From assembly GCA_025201805.1 (NCBI GenBank), contig MU619256.1, positions 184,333-248,332 on the forward strand: a DNA stretch of 64,000 nt, in the 5' to 3' direction. The stretch is from Parasitella parasitica NRRL 2501 (taxonomy: Eukaryota; Fungi; Mucoromycota). The notes under the pieces are model-generated. The model ran no database searches, was not told where the DNA came from, and worked only from the letters and a program-made list of their open reading frames with translations. Below, one piece after another: positions 61,355-64,000 of this stretch (its first letter is position 1; every line of letters begins with the position of its first letter). The translations under genes and the position numbers were made by a program.

Positions 61355-64000
61355 ATGTCGTATTCAGTCTCATCATTTGACATGAACGATTTCATCGACT
61401 TGGACACAGCCTTGATAGAGGAAGAGTTACGTTCTCTCGGTGCCACTCCTGAAAACAGAGACTATCACAATGATAATTATAGAATCAGCTTCAAGAGCGT
61501 CGATGCTAAAGAAGCAGAACGTCTAAGAACTACACTCATAACTCCCATGACTTATTGCTCAATAACGCCACGATCTTTATTAAAAACTCCTGAGGAATCT
61601 GTTTATGCTGAAAGTGTAGCTCTATTTAAAAATCTATCAGAAAATGGCAAGTTTTGCATACACTAAAATGAAACATGGCCAACAAAACTAATAAATGTTG
61701 TATTATCTAGATCACATCGACTTGGTTTCCAGCAACCTGCAGGATTTCATGGACCATTGCGATATGGATGATTTGTTATCTAGAGCTGCCACTAGCAGAC
61801 CAAGCTCATCTTCATCAGCTAAGCAGCCTTATCGTCACAACAAAGACAGTTTAACAAGGTAAAAAAAAAAAATCACGCCCTTTTTTTAGTCATTTTACTA
61901 AAAACAAAATCCAGCTCTAGATTAAGCTCCCACAACCAGATCCAGCAAAAAAACCACCAAGAGCCTTATACCCTTTTACAGAAATTATCTGAGCCAAATC
62001 AGCAAAATGAAAATAAAGGCAAATCCTCTCATTTGGGTTGCACTGAGAACGGTTACACGCATACCCTCAAGCCAACTGTAATAAACAACAGCTTCATACC
62101 ATCCAGTATTGACAGTGCACATACAAACAAACCCAAAAGCAGAACATTGCAGCCTACCATCAACAAACGACGTAGCATAGACTCTGAGGGCCTCAGTAAA
62201 TTGCACCAAAACACCCAGGTTGAATCGTCTTTGCCAAAGCGACACAGTATGATGTCTATCGATGAACGCGAGACGGCATTGCCTAAATCAAAGCTGCCAA
62301 AAAGCAAAATGCCAGTGCCCGCAAACAAGGATTCACGGCGTAACAGTAACATACAGGTGCTCGCTGTACCAAGCACTACTGCAGCAAGAAGACGCAATAG
62401 TAATTTACAACAGCCTACTGCAACAAACACAAGCTTACAGAAACGCGAAAGCAGCCTGCAACAGCCTGCCGTTATAAACACTACTGAAAAGAGACGCAAC
62501 AGCAGTTTGCAACAACCTACTGCCATTAGCTCAAGCTTAAAGAGACGCGACAGTAGTTTGCAGTCATCTCCTGCATTGAATGCAATTGTAACCGTGAAAA
62601 GACGTAATAGCAAGCTACAGCAGCCTTCTGCCACTAAATCAAGCTTACAAAGACGTGACAGTAATTTGTCACAGCCTGCTATATCAAACACAACTGTAAA
62701 AAGACGTAGCAGCAGTTTGCAGCAACCCGCCGCTACTACCAATGCCACTTTAGAAAGACGGAATAGCAGCCTGCAACAGCGAAACCAGCAAGATCAACGA
62801 CGATGGAGTAGCTACGTTTCAGAGCAGGGCCAAAAACTCGCCATCTCAAAGGACCTAGTGTCAGAGAAAGAGGTCAAGACTCCACAACGCACAAGTAGCA
62901 TTAATGCAAATCACGAAACATCATACAGACAAGAAGCAAAAAAGCTATCAAACAGAAACTCTATGATTATACCAACGTCAAGACGTCTTTCACGAGAAGA
63001 ACTATACGAAAATGTGGTGCAGCCTTCAAGCATTATCAGTGCAAAAAACGTATCCTACAAAGAGCCCACTCAACCTTTACTCACTGACAACCTAGCGGAT
63101 TTGTCTGAAAAAGCTAGACGCCGACATACTATCTCGGCAAGTGATAGAAACGCAAACCTCGGTCAGCTATTTAAACAGATTGCAGATAGAAAAGCTTCAT
63201 TGTACGGTGCAACTCACATCCAACCAGACTCAATTCATGAAAATTATTATCAGTACGATGTCGACCATCAAATGCAGAAAAGACACACTCTTAGTAGCGA
63301 CAGAAAATCGTATATCATCAATACTAGCTCTTATGAAAGATCGGTCGAGGAACCAAACAGATATCGCAGCAGGTTGCACAACCCTTCCAAAGATGACAAT
63401 GATCAAGCATCATCGTCATCCACTCTGAGAAGCGCTGTGCTTGGAAATAGCAAACACGCCCCTCCTGGCGATTCCAAATATCAAATTCATTCACACAGAT
63501 ACAGCGACTTTAATGCACAAGCTGATAGTGAGGAAGATGATAATACGCGTTACCAGTATGAGGTATCAAATCAAGATTATCATCAAACTGAGCAACACAT
63601 TGTGCCTTTACCTCGTTATAGCAGCAGAATGCATGCCAAACAGCGCCATAGCCAGCTTCCAGCAGACCCAGCACCAGCACCAGCACCAGCACCAGCGCCC
63701 ACATCCACAACCGTTAGCACAACACAACGTAGACACAGAGCTGCATCAATGCCTTTGAATCAGCAGCGTACAGAAGAAGAGTATTCTACTCCTGAAAAGC
63801 CCTCGTTCATGGTTGTCTCTGGTCGTTACCGCAAGCACAGTAACAGCAGCATTTCAAAATATGCCAGTGTCCCCGAAAATGCAGGTTTGACATCATTTGC
63901 TCCACCCAAAGATACTCGCCACGGCACTTCAACCGCCCATACATACCCAGAAATCCAAGTAGAAGCATCTCGTAGCAGTGGCGGCTTATCTAACTCAACG
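61355..64000 (+). CDS. Large low-complexity protein with tandem RRxSxLQQP repeats; runs off the window end
   Basis: Exon 61355-61646, GC-AG intron 61647-61710, exon 61711-61858, GT-AG intron 61859-61914, then a reading frame that appears open to the window end. Confidence 0.75.
62389..62781 (+). repeat. Eight ~51-nt coding tandem repeats
   Basis: RRNSNLQQP, KRESSLQQP, RRNSSLQQP, RRDSSLQSSP, RRNSKLQQP, RRDSNLSQP, RRSSSLQQP, RRNSSLQQR. Confidence 0.9.

Noticed and set aside
62053-62748. 231-aa minus-strand ORF with GCCKLLLRLF repeats
   Set aside because: Antisense shadow of the plus-strand repeat-coding exon.
62389-62781. Repeat-spacer pattern resembling a CRISPR array
   Set aside because: The repeats are degenerate at synonymous positions, in frame within a eukaryotic exon, and there are no cas genes.

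Overview
Eukaryotic, AT-rich fungal DNA with many short (about 50-90 nt) spliceosomal introns. Gene content and style suggest a Mucorales (Mucor-like) scaffold; this is inference from recalled families, not a database result. Core genes: RasGEF, NIPA Mg2+ transporter, phospholipase D, UTP5/WDR43, an Est1/SMG6-like protein with an intact PIN domain, neutral trehalase, a PHO80-like cyclin, a TM2 protein, RBM42, MTG1, a multi-exon telomerase reverse transcriptase (TERT), CIA30/NDUFAF1 and several unknown proteins. Accessory DNA: a broken DD34E Tc1/IS630 transposase next to an intronless 629-aa ORF with a nuclease-like C-terminus; a decayed, intron-containing Fanzor (eukaryotic TnpB-like RNA-guided nuclease) on the minus strand, with all three RuvC segments and the zinc finger readable and a sense-strand RNA structure over its stop codon (candidate omegaRNA); a second short Fanzor-like fragment beside a Tc1 remnant; a ~200-bp dispersed repeat in three copies; and an 84-bp GC-rich nested hairpin flanked by 9-bp direct repeats. 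No rRNA, tRNA or CRISPR array was found. Exon boundaries were read by eye and are approximate where not stated exactly.
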